A stretch of 64,000 nucleotides of DNA from Camelus ferus. Taxonomy: Eukaryota. Positions 13,371-26,529 of the stretch are shown here, piece by piece. Under the pieces are notes generated by a model. That model ran no database searches and was not told the DNA's origin. It saw nothing but the letters and a program-made list of their open reading frames with translations. The position numbers and the translations under genes are program-made. Within the stretch, counting starts at the first letter, position 1, and the number at the start of each line of letters is the position of its first letter. The stretch spans positions 91,700,001-91,764,000 of the forward strand of contig NC_045696.1 in assembly GCF_009834535.1 (NCBI RefSeq). The letters are read 5' to 3'.

Positions 13371-13980
13371 AAAAATAGACTCACCATATGGTCCAGCAAT
13401 CCCACTCCTGGGCATGTATCCAGAGGGAACCTTAATTCAAAAAGATACATGCATCCCAATGTTCATAGCAGCACTATTTACAATAGCCAAGACATAGAAA
13501 CAACCTAAATGTCCATCGACAGATAACTGGATAACGAAGTTATGGTATGTTTGTACAATGGAATACTACTCAGCCATAAAACCTGCCATTTGAAGCAACA
13601 CGGATGGACCTGGAGACTGTCATTCTAAGTGAAGTAAGCCAGAAAGAGAAAGAAAAATACCATATAATATCACTTATATGTGGAATCTAAAAAAAAAAGA
13701 ATTTTTTACAAGACAAAAACATAGTAAACGAATTTATGGTTACCGGCGGGGTTAGGGGTAGGAAGAGATAAACTGGGAGTTCAAGATTTGCACATATAAA
13801 TATATATAAAATAGATAAACAAGCTCCTACTGTATAGCACAGGGGATTACATTCAATATCTTGTAGTGAGTTATGGTGAAAAAGAATATGAAAATGAATA
13901 TATGTATGTTCATGTATGACAGAAGCATTATGCTGTACACCAGAAACTGATACATTGTAAACTGACTATACTTCTATACA
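13371..13980 (+). mobile_element. 5'-truncated L1 3' end
   Basis: ORF2 tail + 3' UTR; 16-bp TSD aaaagatctta(g/a)tctt at 13355-13370 and 13981-13996. Confidence 0.93.
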
Positions 13981-15289
13981 AAAAGATCTTAATCTTATGC
14001 AATTTTTAATATTAATGTCTCTTCCAGTCAATTCCATTGCCAGAAAATATGACCTTTAAATAGTTCTAAGTATAAATATAATAATTTAATTCAATGGACT
14101 TTAAAAAATTTCTTGATAAGTCTGTGTTAGATATAGAAGAATTCTCCCATCTTCATCTACCAATCCTAGTTTAAGAAAAAAAACAAATAGGATTATAATT
14201 TTCTAGAGGAATATTTTTTATGATATTATTTTCTTTGGACACCTATGAATCCTTCCACTGAGGTCATGGAAAATGTATGTCTATAGAGAAATTAAAACTA
14301 TTAGACTTAATATCCATTATATGCATTTGAGAACCCTATTTTGCCATAATATCCACTCTTTTTTTTTTTTTTTTAACATTCCTGATACTGTTTCATGCCA
14401 TAAGTTAATTTATCAGTGAGAAAATTTAGGAAAGTTTGAATGTGTTCTTAACTCTCAGGTTACATAGTCTAATGCTATTCTCTTTTCTTTAAGTGCCTTT
14501 CTTCAAAAGATGTAAGTACACAGCTTGAACTGCTTTAAACTGTCTAGGTTGAAATAAATGTAAATATTGTCTCTCTGTTTATCCATGGAATCACTCTCTG
14601 ACATACTTGTGGACCACAGTGCAGCTTTGCTGCAGATTATGATTCTATTCTCAGAGTGATTATTTACAGAATTACTCATTGTAAAGCAAGAGTGTAACAA
14701 GCTGAGAAACCAGGTTTTGCACTGATGGTCCTTACATCACTTTAGAAAAGCTTATGGGTGGCTGTCTTTACAAATTTAAATATGTTCATAATTTAGAAAA
14801 GATGTATTCCCATGGCTCTTGAAGAGAGAGCTGAAATGGAAAGATTGCAGGAAAGCATGTATAATATAGCAAAAACTGTCACCCAAAATATTCTCTTATG
14901 CTTTTACTAAACCTTCCACCAGCTTTTGCCATCACCTTATGTCATGAATATTTGTAACTGGAACATGCAAACACCAGTTGAGAAGCATGAGGCCTAGTGG
15001 AGTGGTCTCCAGAGTGCGGCACGAGTGCTGCTAGAATCATACAACATGGTTTTAGGGGGTAGACCAACAACATTTTACATCTTAATAGATACACATTTAT
15101 CTTAAAGTATATTAGAAAAAATATGACTGGCATATTAAACTCATTACTTTATAATTATTCTTCCTTGGGTCAAATTTCCTTTTTATATAAATTTAAGTTT
15201 TAAAAAATGAGGGCATTTAAAAATATTAGGTAAACACAGCATAGGTGCTTCTGACAAAAGTCATGGTAGAGGTCTGGGACTCTCTGGTG

Positions 15290-15975
15290 AGTGGAATAGT
15301 GAAGTGGAAAGGTTGGGATCAGGTAATAGTGGTTCTGGTTTGAACTCAGCCACTAACTAGCTGTACCATCTTAGCCAAGCCAGAACTCTTTGGGCGTTTA
15401 TTCTTAATTTGTAAAGAGATTACTCTTTACAAATTGCTCTTTCCCTTCAAGAAGGCGTTAGTGGCAGCTTCTGGCCATGGCCAGATTAAGGCTGGAGACA
15501 TTCGCGACAAGGAGGTGGAGGAGCTGCTGAAACAACTGGAGGTCCTGAAGGTGGCGCTGTCCCAGCTGCATGTCCTAAAGTGACAGGTGGTGCAGCTTCC
15601 AAACTCTCCAAGATCCCAGTTGTTAGCAAGTTCATCACCTATGTTCTCATTGTCATTAACCAGACTCAGGAAGAAAGCCGGAGGAAATTCTGTAAAGTCT
15701 AGAAGTACAAGCCCCTGGTTGGTGTGTTGCCCCAGAAAACGCGTGTATGAACCATGGGCTCAACAAGCATGAAGATAACCTGAAGAAGCAGCAGAAGCAG
15801 CGGAAGGAGCGGCTGGACCCACCGTGTGAGACACGTCACGGGAGTACTGGTTAAGGCCGCAGCATCCAGGAGCCAATAAAACACAAACTGGCTAAAAAAA
15901 AAAAAAAAAAAAAGGAGGGGAGGAGATTGTTTGAGTGACCTCTACGGTCCACTGCACCACCACCATTATGTGATG
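15290..15975 (+). mobile_element. MIR-family SINE split by the RPL35 retrocopy
   Basis: gccactaactagctgt...tgtaaa upstream; tgacctctacggtcc continuation downstream of the A-tail. Confidence 0.55.
15437..15913 (+). pseudogene. RPL35: RPL35 (60S ribosomal protein L35/uL29) processed pseudogene, full length
   Basis: 5' TOP tract ctctttccctt and ATG at 15477. Frameshifted translation resembles EELLKQL..LKV.LSQL / [13 protein letters not shown] / VINQTQ / KYKPL / LNKHE.NLK / QRKERL. No introns, AATAAA at 15875-15880, A20 tail at 15894-15913. Confidence 0.93.
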
Positions 15976-17387
15976 TTATAGTCCCTTGTCAAATGCCATT
16001 ATAAGGTGCATTATAAACCTTAACACTAGATGTGCTCACTTAAACTAGTCAGGGAAATTAGCGGACCTAATGTGGAATGTTTTGAGATTAAAACACCCTA
16101 CTGGTAGATTACATCAGTCTTTTGAAAGATTGGAGATAAACTTGGTTTTGCTCAGTAGCTTTACTTGTTTTTGCACACAGGAGGGATTCCAAGTACCTTT
16201 GGATTCTCTCCTCAGTGTGGTAGCCAAATAGCAGAGTTTTATGTGCCACTTTTCACATGTGTTACCATCATTCTAATCTGGGAGTAAGAAGCCTGGATGT
16301 TCACAATACAGTCAGATGAAGGATTTGTGTAAAATCAGTCATGGAAGAAAAATACACTTCTATTAGATGGAGAAAAGGATAGATGAACACTAGCCTAAGG
16401 TAAAGAGTTGTGTTTTAAGAAACAGGAGGAGCCCGAAGCTTTAAGATTACGTAAAATAGCCTGTCTAGTTTCTGGTTTTAATTTTTCACTCTGAAAATAG
16501 AAAACATGTTAAACAGATGCCCATTTTCAGGGGTAATAACATTTGAATCCCAAAGTAGCACTGTGCCTGTACTAAACTGTCTCAAATTAGTTTTCTACAC
16601 AATGACTTAAGAATAATACTAGTTCAAACCAAAATCTGACTCTGAGTACCAAAAAGCATTTGATGTATAAAATCTATACCAAGTGATATTTTCATGACCA
16701 AAAAGTAAACCACCTTTTCCTTGGAGTTGCTGTCTCTTTTCCTAGAAGGTCCCCAGACTCTCTTCCTGAAGATTACCTATCATTACTTCTGACCTAACTT
16801 AAAAAGAAATTAGATTAACTAATTACATTACGAGGTGAAAAAGAGAAACTTTTGATAATGATGATGAACTCTGCTTATTTCAAATAAGCACTTTGAAAAT
16901 TATCAAATTAAGGACTAAAGTACTTTCATTTTCTATTTGGAATACTAATTACATCTATTTAAACTACTCAGCTCAACAAACAAATGAACAAACACCAACA
17001 AAACCTATATGATCTATTTTTTTGTGGAAATATATCTGCTTGTAATGGTGCAAAAAAAAAAAAAGAAAAATGCTATGGATGAACATTTTTACCAATGATC
17101 TCTAAAAGGGCATATTCATAGAATACATCTAAATAACAATACATAAATATAGAAATTGGCCCTCTGGAATACCAACAACTTCATCATCTGCTGTAGTTTC
17201 AAAGGCCTCTTGGAAAATGTGACCACAATTTTCTAGCTTTTCCAATTATCTTGTTAAAAATATCTGTCAATATGCATTCGTGATCTGCACTAATAATTTG
17301 ATCTTTATCATCCTCAGTTACAGTGAGTCTCTGGCCTTCTGGAAAAGACAGACATGCTGTGTGGAGCCACTCCTGACTTTGGATCCA

Positions 17388-17801
17388 TCACTGCTGACTC
17401 AGTCTCTTCCACAGAATGGCAGCCAGTCTCTGCCTGGTCTCACTGACCGAAGACGGTCGCCCCCGGGGAGGATGTGGCTGGGGAAGAGTGGGCAAACCTG
17501 AGCTGCTGACCCTGCTGGGCTGAGCTGAGACTGGGGAAGCAGTAGGTTTTGACACTCCACGCAGGCTGGGGATTCTGATTCCCTTTTCTGAGTTCAGTCT
17601 TGCAAGCCTTCTCTCTCCCTGACTGCCGCTGGCTGCGGCAGAGGAGGTTAGGCTGCCCTGGCTGAGGGAGCACGGTGACAGCGGTAACTGTCCCCTGAGA
17701 TTCCTGAGCTCCAGGAGCTGTTCTCTGGCTTGACTCAAGGCCTCCGTCAGTTCAAAGCGTTCTTCACACTCTCTACGCACTGTTTCCTGAAGAAAAGTGT
17801 T
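17388..17801 (-). CDS. LEKR1: LEKR1 last coding exon (NTFLQETVRRECEERFELTEALSQAREQLLEL...RQRLAAILWKRLSQQ*)
   Basis: Acceptor ccccctttttctcatttcag|AAC, 414 nt to TGA. The protein matches the mammalian LEKR1 C-terminus as I recall it (ETVRRECEERFELTEALSQAREQLLEL; PQPHPPRG; ETRQRLAAIL). Confidence 0.93.
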   Translation of the reverse strand, partial: NTFLQETVRRECEERFELTEALSQAREQLLELRNLRGQLPLSPCSLSQGSLTSSAAASGSQGERRLARLNSEKGIRIPSLRGVSKPTASPVSAQPSRVSSSGLPTLPQPHPPRGRPSSVSETRQRLAAILWKRLSQQ

Positions 17802-18949
17802 CTGAAATGAGAAAAAGGGGGGAAAAAAGGCAGCCCTCGCTTTAAACTGTGTACATATGGATAGTTATTGGAAATATACACTGAGAACTGAACTGGAAAC
17901 CAGAGGTCTGTGTTCTTTAACTGTCTTTGTAGATATTCTACTGCAGGGACAAACAAGTCTAAAATGCAACTTGTTTGTGAAGCTGGAAAGAACTTTAAGA
18001 GAACATTTAGTTCAACCCTCGCAGCTTGCAGAATAGGAAACAAGAACCAGGGTCACGTGGATGGTGGTGGTGGGGCTGGTGCTGGAACCCAGAGTGTCTA
18101 ATGCCTACTTCTGTGGAGTTTCATCTCCTCTGTGTGTTGTGTCTCAGACAGTCTGTGCTGCACATGTGATGTCTACTAGTTAATATCAGTAGTGCCATTA
18201 AATATGTTATTTTATAATAAAGGGAAACTACAATATATGACAGATAAAAATAGCTCAAATTGTAAAATTGAAAGCATAAAATATATCAGCTATAGCATTT
18301 CGATATTAAAATCAGTTATTTTATGTGGTACTTTCTCAATAGAACTTAAATATATTGGCCATCTTCTCTTCTGCAAGATATATATCAAAATAAAGAACAA
18401 CATCTGCTTTGAACTCCATTCAGTAATCATACATCAAGTTACTGGAAGCTGTAGTGGATTCAGTTCCTGCCCTCAGTAAGTCTGCAGCATTGTAAGTTTG
18501 AGCAGAGGCACTTTTTATGTCCCCAACAGAATTTGGAGCCAAGGGTGGAAGCTATGGGGGTTAAGACAAGGAAGAACTTTTTAATAGTCAGTGCGATCTA
18601 AGGATACTCCAAAGGGCTAAATGTCATTTGACTGGGAAGTACTGGAGCAAATTTAAGCTTCAAATGTGTGACTGGACTATAGATCATTAAGACTCCCTCC
18701 CATAATGAGACTCTACATGTCTAGTTGAAGAGTAATAGCTGTCTTTTATCCATGAAATTCACCAAAAGTACTTCAAGGCCCATGGTAAGAATTAAGTCTT
18801 GGATATCCCTAATGTCCCAACATTCATGTCTGCAGGATGTCAAAAAAGAGATTGAAAAGTAAGCAGTTCAAAGTGGTATCCAAATAAGTAAACACAATTA
18901 AAGTGATTGTGCTACAGGATTCTTCAACTAAAAGCAACTTTCCATCTGG

Positions 18950-21679
18950 CAAACAGAAGTTCAGGACTGGATGGCTTCACTGGCAAATTCTACCAAACAT
19001 ACAAAGAAGAACTTACACCAATCTTTCTCAAACTCTTCCGAAAGATTGAGGAGGAGAGAACACTCCCAAGTTCATTCTGTGAAGCCACCATCACCCTGAT
19101 ACCAAAACCAAAGACACTACCAAAAAAGAAAAATTACAGCCCAACATCTTTGATGTATATAAATGCAAAAATTCTCAACTAAATATTAGCAAATCAAATC
19201 TAACAACACACGAAAAATATCACACACTATGATCAAGTCAGATTTGCCCCAGGGTCACAAGGATGGTTCAACATATGCAAATCAATGTGACATATCACAC
19301 CAACAAAAGAAAGGACAAAAATCACATGATCATCTCAGTAGATGCAGGAAAAGCATTTAATAAAATTCAACATCCACTCATGATAAAAGAATCTTACCAA
19401 AGTAGGTATACAGGGAATATATCGTAACATAATAAAAGCTATTTATGAGAAACCCACAACCAATATAATACTCAATGATGAAAAGTTGAAAGCCCTCCCA
19501 CTGAAATCTGAAACAAGACTAGGATGCCCATTCTCATCACTTCTATTTAACATAGTATTAGCAGTCCTAGCCATAGAAGTCAGACAAGAAAAAGAAATAG
19601 AAAGGAACCAAATTGGAAGAGAAGAGGTAAATTGTCACTAAATGCAGATGACATGATACTATTCATAGAAAACCCTAAAGACTCTACACAAAATTACCAG
19701 AAGTGATAAACAAATTCAGCAAGGTAGCAGGTTATAAGATTAACATACAGAAATCTGTTGCATTTCGTTAAACTAACAATGAAATACCAGAAAAGGAAAG
19801 TAAAAAAACAATCCTTTTAAAAATCACATTAAAAAATACTTAGGAATAAACCTGACCAAGGAGGTAAAAGACTTACATGTGGAGAACTATAAAACAGTGA
19901 TAAAGGAAATTAAAGATGATTTAAAGAAATGGAAAGATATCCCATGTTCTTGAATTGGAATAATTAGTATTGTTAAAATTGTCATACTACTCAAAGCAAT
20001 CTACAGATTTAATGTGATCTCTATCAAATTACCCAGGACATTTTTCATAGAAATAAAACAAATAATCCTACAATTTATATGGAATCCCCAAAGACCCAGA
20101 ATTGCCAAAACAATTCTGAATAAAAAAATGAAGCTGGAGGCATAACCCTCCTAGATTTCAGACAATACTACAAAGCTACAGTAATTAAAAGAATGGAATT
20201 GGCACAAAAACAGACATATGGGTCAATGGAACAGAATGAGAGCCCAGAAATAAACCCACACACCTATAGTCAATTGACCTTTGACAAAGGAGGCAAGGAT
20301 ACACAATGGAGAAAAGACAGTCTCTTTGGAAAGTGGTATTGGAAAAGCTAGACAGCCTCGTATAAATCAATGAATTTAGATAACTCTCTCACACCATACA
20401 CAAAAATTAACTCAAAATGGCTTAAAGACTTAAACATAAGACAAGACACACATAAATCTCCTAGAAGAAAACATAGGCAAAAAATTCTCTGACACAAATC
20501 TTAGCAATGTTTTCTTAGGTCAGTCTACCAAGGCGATAGAAACAAACCCAAAAATATACAAATGTGGCCTAATTAAACTTAAAAGCTTTTCCACAGCAAA
20601 GGAAACCATAAACAAAACAAAAAGACAACTTACAGATTGGAAGAAAATATTTGAAAATGATATGACTGACAAGGGTTTAACTTCCAAAATACAAACAGCT
20701 CATATACTCAATAACAAAAGAACAAGCAATCCAATCAAAAAATGGGCAGAAAACCTAAACAGACATTTCTCTAATGAAGGCATACAGATGACCAATAAGC
20801 ACATGAAAAGACACCCAATCTCGCTAATTATCAGAGAAATACAAACCAAAGCTACAATGAGATATCACCTCACACCAGTCAGAATAGCCATCATTAAAAA
20901 GTCCACAAATAATAAGTACTGGAGAGGGTATGGAGAAAAGGGAACCCTCCTACATTGTCAGTGGGAATGTAAATTGGTGCAGCCACTATGGAGAACAGTA
21001 TGGAGGTTCCTTAAAAAACTAAAAATAGACTTACCATATGATCCAGCAATCCCACTCTTGGGTATATATCCAAAGAAAACTCTAATTTGGAAAGATATAT
21101 ACACCCCAAAGTTCACAGCAGCACTATTTACAATAGCCAAGACATGGTGGCAACCTAAATGTCCATCGACAGATGATTGGATAAAGAAGTTGTGTGTGTG
21201 TGTGTATACACACACACACACACATATACAATGAAATATTACTCAGCCATAAAAAGAATGAAATAATGCCATTTGCCATAACATGGGTGGACCTAGAGAT
21301 TATCATACTAAGTGAAATAAGTCAGACAGGAAAAGACTATCATATGGTATCACTTACATGTGGAATCTAAAAAAAAGACACACATGAACTTATTTACAAA
21401 ACAGAAACAGATTCACAGACATAGAAAACAAACTTATGGTTATCAAAGGGGAAGGGTGAGGAAGGATAAATTGGGAGTTTGGGATTAGCAGATACAAACT
21501 ACTATATACAAAACAGATAAACAAGATCCTACTGGATAGCACAGGGAACTGTACTCAATAGCTTGTAATAATCTATAATAAAAAAGAATATGAAAAAGAA
21601 AAAATATATATAACTGAATCACTATGCTGTATACCAGAAACTAATACATTGTAAATCAACTATACCTCAATTAAAAAAA
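18950..21679 (+). mobile_element. Older 5'-truncated LINE-1 (ORF2 RT and C-terminus, 3' UTR), degenerate
   Basis: [26 protein letters not shown] and [12 protein letters not shown] fragments; many stops and frameshifts; degenerate TSD aaaagcaactttccat / aaaaacgactccccat. Confidence 0.95.
21191..21224. repeat. (TG)7 TATA (CA)8 self-complementary microsatellite inside L1
   Basis: Read directly from the sequence. Confidence 0.9.
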
Positions 21680-24600
21680 CGACTCCCCATTAGGTTAGCT
21701 TGTTTGTAAGACTAGCCAAGGCATTCCCAAGTCTGATGCTCAGTGGAAAGCATCCTTCTAAGGGCTTACTGACTTAATCTACTGTCAGTGGAACTAAATA
21801 ACAAAGCATCAGGGAAAGTAGCATCTTCCTGTATTTGAGTTTCTTGTGATTATGGTCAGAATTCCATTCAATTCCAAATTTGGTAATCAAAATTGAAGAA
21901 AATGGAGCAATTCCAGATTAACAGTTGCATAGTAATATTCTATAAAATCAGCGGCACGCCTGGCTCAAACAGCCTCACCATTTACATATGTTAGTAGTAG
22001 ACACATATGATCCATATAACCATATATATTTTTAAATAATGGGGGTTAATTACTTGCTTCCAGTTAATTCTTTTATTTTTTTTTTTTTGAGGAACAGGAG
22101 ACCAAGGATGGTGTCTGTGGCTTTATCATCTGGTTCTCATTAAGTCTTCCTGAAATACTTGTTGAAAAGGCAGGAGAGGGAGGGCTAGAGAAGAGATTAA
22201 TAAAGTGCCTATTAGGCATCATCTCATTCATTTCCTGCTCCCAACAACTCTATTTGCCAAAGAAAGACACTGAAGCTCAGACAGGTATGTAACTTGCTGA
22301 GAGTAACCCAGCTTTGAAGTGGTGGGGTCCTGCCTGCCTCCAGGGCCCGGCTCCAAGCTGCCTATGCTTCAGGTAATTGTCTAATTAATTATATCAAGCA
22401 TGCAGGGGCCATTGTGTTCCAGGACACTGAAGCAATAAAAACAGTAAGACATTGCACCTGGTTTTGCCCAACTTTTCTAAACTTAATCTAAACTTTCTTT
22501 TAAAAGGATAAAACAGTGCATTTTGTTCCCTTTCCACTAGTAGATTAAGTAGGCAGAATGTATTGAAGTTATTAGATTTAAGAGGCTTTTAATAAATTAG
22601 TATAAAAATTCCCTTGATTAAGAAATCTATGGAAAAGTTAATTTTGCTTGAAAATGTGAAAGTTAGCAGTCAGCAATGAGGTCAATAAATTGGTGACATG
22701 AATAATAGGTGCACCAATATGGAAGGATACAGTGATGGGTGATGTGATGACAAGTGCTCTCATTAAAAGAAAAATAAGCTCCAATCCATTTGCTAAAATT
22801 AAATTCCAGTCTCAAAGGAAAGGAGTAGTGCTCTATGGAAAACGTCCATAAAGCAAGTCACTTGAAAGCTATTTCAGGCAAGTGACACTCCACTAAAGGA
22901 GGAAATGGAAGGGTGGAGTGAACCCAAAGATGTCCCTGTGGCAAGTACAGTGAGAGCAAAGCACCCGCCAACTCCTGACTGAGGTTTGGAAGGGCTGCTG
23001 ACCATCTTCGTCTCGGGCCCACTGCTCTGGAAATCATCCTTCTTCAAAGCTATTAGCTTCCAGAACAAAGAACAAATCCTCTTTCTTCTGTTCTTTCCCA
23101 AACCAGAACCTCTAAACTGAAAACAGGATCCAAAGATAGGACTTCTATTTTTGTCATGTCAAAAAACCATGACATTTCAGATAAATCTCAAATATCTGTA
23201 CTTCCTATGACACCACTAACCCCTCTTTTAAAATGGGGATGCTTATTAACTCAGTTTTGTATAACACACAGTTCAGATGTTATAATTTATTCAACCATAG
23301 AGTTCAAAAATGGAAATAGAACACATCAAGTTTAGGGAATTGCGAGTTCAGAAGTGGAGTGTGCGTGACAGAGCATAACAAGAGCACACGTGGACGTGGT
23401 CAGTCAATGAGACACATTGGTGGAAAGTTCCATCGTATGTGGAAAAGAATCATTCACTCGTGGTTATATTGCTTTCAGCAATTTAGGCAAAATGTTTGTC
23501 TTTTGAGGTTGTTTATATTTTTGGAAGTTTGTATTGCTGTAGAATTTTGATACGCGTTTTCACTGAACAACATGGGAAAACGTCTAAGATGGAATATGTT
23601 TTGTAAGGTTGAAAATTGTAGGCAAACATGAGACTAATCAGTGAAGCCATAGCATTCTAAATCTTCTAGGTGGAGGTATCTTTGGCCATATTTTGGAATG
23701 GTAAAATAGTGTTATTACTGGATTGCAACTAAACTGTAAGTCAAAATGGAAGGGAGGCATGAGTCAGGTGCAAAGGGGTGGTGGGGTTCTCCAGGCAGAG
23801 GTGGGCAGAGAGTGCAAACCCCTGGCAGTGAGAGAGGGAGAGTCACATCTTGGGACGACACATGGCTTAGTATGACTCAAGTGCAGAGTGCAAAATGGAA
23901 GAAGAGACCAGGACTGAGACAGGGAGGAGTCAGGAGAGTCAGATCAAGGATGACTTTGGTAACATGCTAATAATAGAGTTTTAACTTCATTGTAAGGGCC
24001 ATCTGAAGTCATTGAAAGGTTTATTTTGATCAGGGGCTGGAAGGTCAAATCTGCAAGAAAGGAAGATCCCTTTGCCAATTCTGCGGAAAACGGCCCTGAG
24101 CAGGGTGAGATGGGAGGCAGGGAGGATAGGAGGCCAAAGTTTCCAGGGCAGAGGTTCCTATCCCTAGTGGGCCTTGGCTAGCATGGTCTAGCAGGAGGTG
24201 AGCTAGCATCCCTGGGTCCATAAGCTCTGCCAGTTGGTGGAGAGCATCATCTATAGGTTTGTCTACAACATTTTCTGATGAAGGCCACTTTGAATGGACT
24301 TAAAATATGGCTTAAGTGCACTCCCACTGGGTAAGCAAATGTCAAAATGAAAATATAAATTAGCTCACCATCTGTTTGAAATTTCTAATATTAAAAAAAT
24401 GGCCAATTCCCCTCACTCTCTGCAATGTAAGACTGGTTTATTTTTATGTTTGTTTTCACTTTTATCCTTAGAGACAGCTGGATTGCTTTCAATTTCAAAA
24501 ACAGTGGAAGAAGCAAGAGAAGGCTTTGCTGGGTAACTTGATCATTCTGAAGGTGAGAATTCCACTTGTGATGGCAATCAGCTGTATCTGGCACAATTTG

Positions 24601-25512
24601 GGGTGAACATGCCAGGAAAGCAAGTCCTCAGTGAAGAAGCACAGATGGGTGTCTTTGCTCATGCCTTCTACCCAGAGAGGTCGGAATCACTCGTGGAATG
24701 ATCAGATTACAGTTTCCACTGACCCAAACTAGATACATCCCAGGGTGAGTGAGTGGTTGGCCAACTGGGTGGGGAGCTGAGGTGAAAGGAAAGTCTGTGG
24801 AAAAGGTGTGGAAACCAAAAAGATGAGTAGGAGTTAGCAAAGGATGTGCCCAAACTTCCATTTAAGGCTTCTGTTCAAGTAATCTGATCAGCCCAAAACA
24901 CTGCAGAAAAACAGTGGATGGAAATGGCCCTTTGGTAAAGCAGGAAGGAGAATGTGAATACATTTCCAGGAAAGAAGTGAAATGGATGGCAGGAAGGTTG
25001 TTCTTAACATTGTTATTTCTATGCTTGTGAACATGATGGACCCTGCGAAAACTAAGGCAGACATATCAAAACAGAAGTGGAAACAGAGGGGAATAATCCC
25101 TTGGACTGATATGCCTCAAGAGTGGATTTCAGGATGGAGAGGAAGAGCCGAGGAAGACATGGTGTTCAGGATCTACTTTTCCAAGTCAGTGAGCTAACTT
25201 TAATGAAGACTTAATTGGTATTGATTATATACAACAAAAACAATTTCTCTGTATTTTTTCTCATTCTGTCAATTTTCTAGCATCTATTCAGGGCTGACTC
25301 TCCAACATGTGAAAGACAGTCTTGCCTGGATCTCAGTCTGAGCCCCCTAGCCCTGCCGAACAACCCTGGGAACAGCCCCTCCGCATGCACCACCCCGTCC
25401 TCCCCTGCTCCCCGTGCAGCTGGAGGTTAGAGAACTTCCACTTACCCCTTTACTCTTCGGAAGAGATTCAGATGTTCTCTTTATTCAGTTCCAAATTAAG
25501 AACTACTCATTT

Positions 25513-25669
25513 AAAAAAATAATTTATTATTTTTTAAGCTTTTCTGGGGGGCAGAGGCAATTTAGGTTTAATTATTTATTTAATTTATGTATTTATTTTT
25601 TAAGGGGCTTACTGGGGATTGAACCCAGGACCTTGTACAAGCAGTCTACCACTGAGAACTCCTTCCCCC
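25513..25669 (-). mobile_element. tRNA-derived SINE (camelid vic-1 type)
   Basis: B-box ggttcaatcc in gtcctgggttcaatccccagta, AT-rich tail with taaaccta, TSD agaac(t/c)actcattt. Confidence 0.85.
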
Positions 25670-26529
25670 AGAGAACCACTCATTTTTTAACTTACTAACT
25701 TTGGTTTCTCATAAATAGAGCTACCAGAGAAATGTGTGCCATTTTCTCTATTCAAATAAATACACAAATGAGGTAAGTATATATCCTAAAACTAAGTAAA
25801 TCCTTGTAAAAAAAGCGATTTGTATTTGTAAATGCATGCAACCCTAAAATTTAAGCTTAGAGTTTACATAAATCCATCCTTGCCACATTTATTAATAAAC
25901 TTTCCTAAACAAATAGGTTTTCTTTTCTTTAAATAGACTTCATATTCGAAAAATATTCAAAACACCAAAAAATTTAAAAGTCATCCACAATCCCCCCAAT
26001 TTTAAAAAGCTGTAAGAAGTGAAACCCCTGCCCATCTTCCGACTCCCTCAATGGTAACCACTGTAAATAGTTTGGGGAAAATTCTTCCTTCACTTTTTCT
26101 TGTCATTTCTCTCTGTCTGTATCCTATAGAGAAACATATATACTCTCCTTTTTTGTTTTTTAAACAAAAACAGATCCAAGATGCCGAGAAAACTGCTGTT
26201 ATAAAGAAAGAAAGCAAATACACATCTATAATCCATTAGCCACAACTTTGACATTCAAAAAGCTCAGAAAAGAAAAATATGTGTAACTCATAGCATTGGT
26301 AATAAAATCTGACTGGACTGATTATCTTTATTTATTTCACTCCGTGGGGCCATTCCTATGTTCCACTGCATAAATATTAATGTCACTGTATGGGAGGGGC
26401 TGCCCTAAATCTCCAGGAACATATGTATTTTACTAACTTTCTAAAATTCAAAATAATTTGAATTCCAAAAGCTATCTGAAACCAAAGTTTCTGTACAAGG
26501 GGTTGTGGGCATCTTGTCTAAGTTGCATG

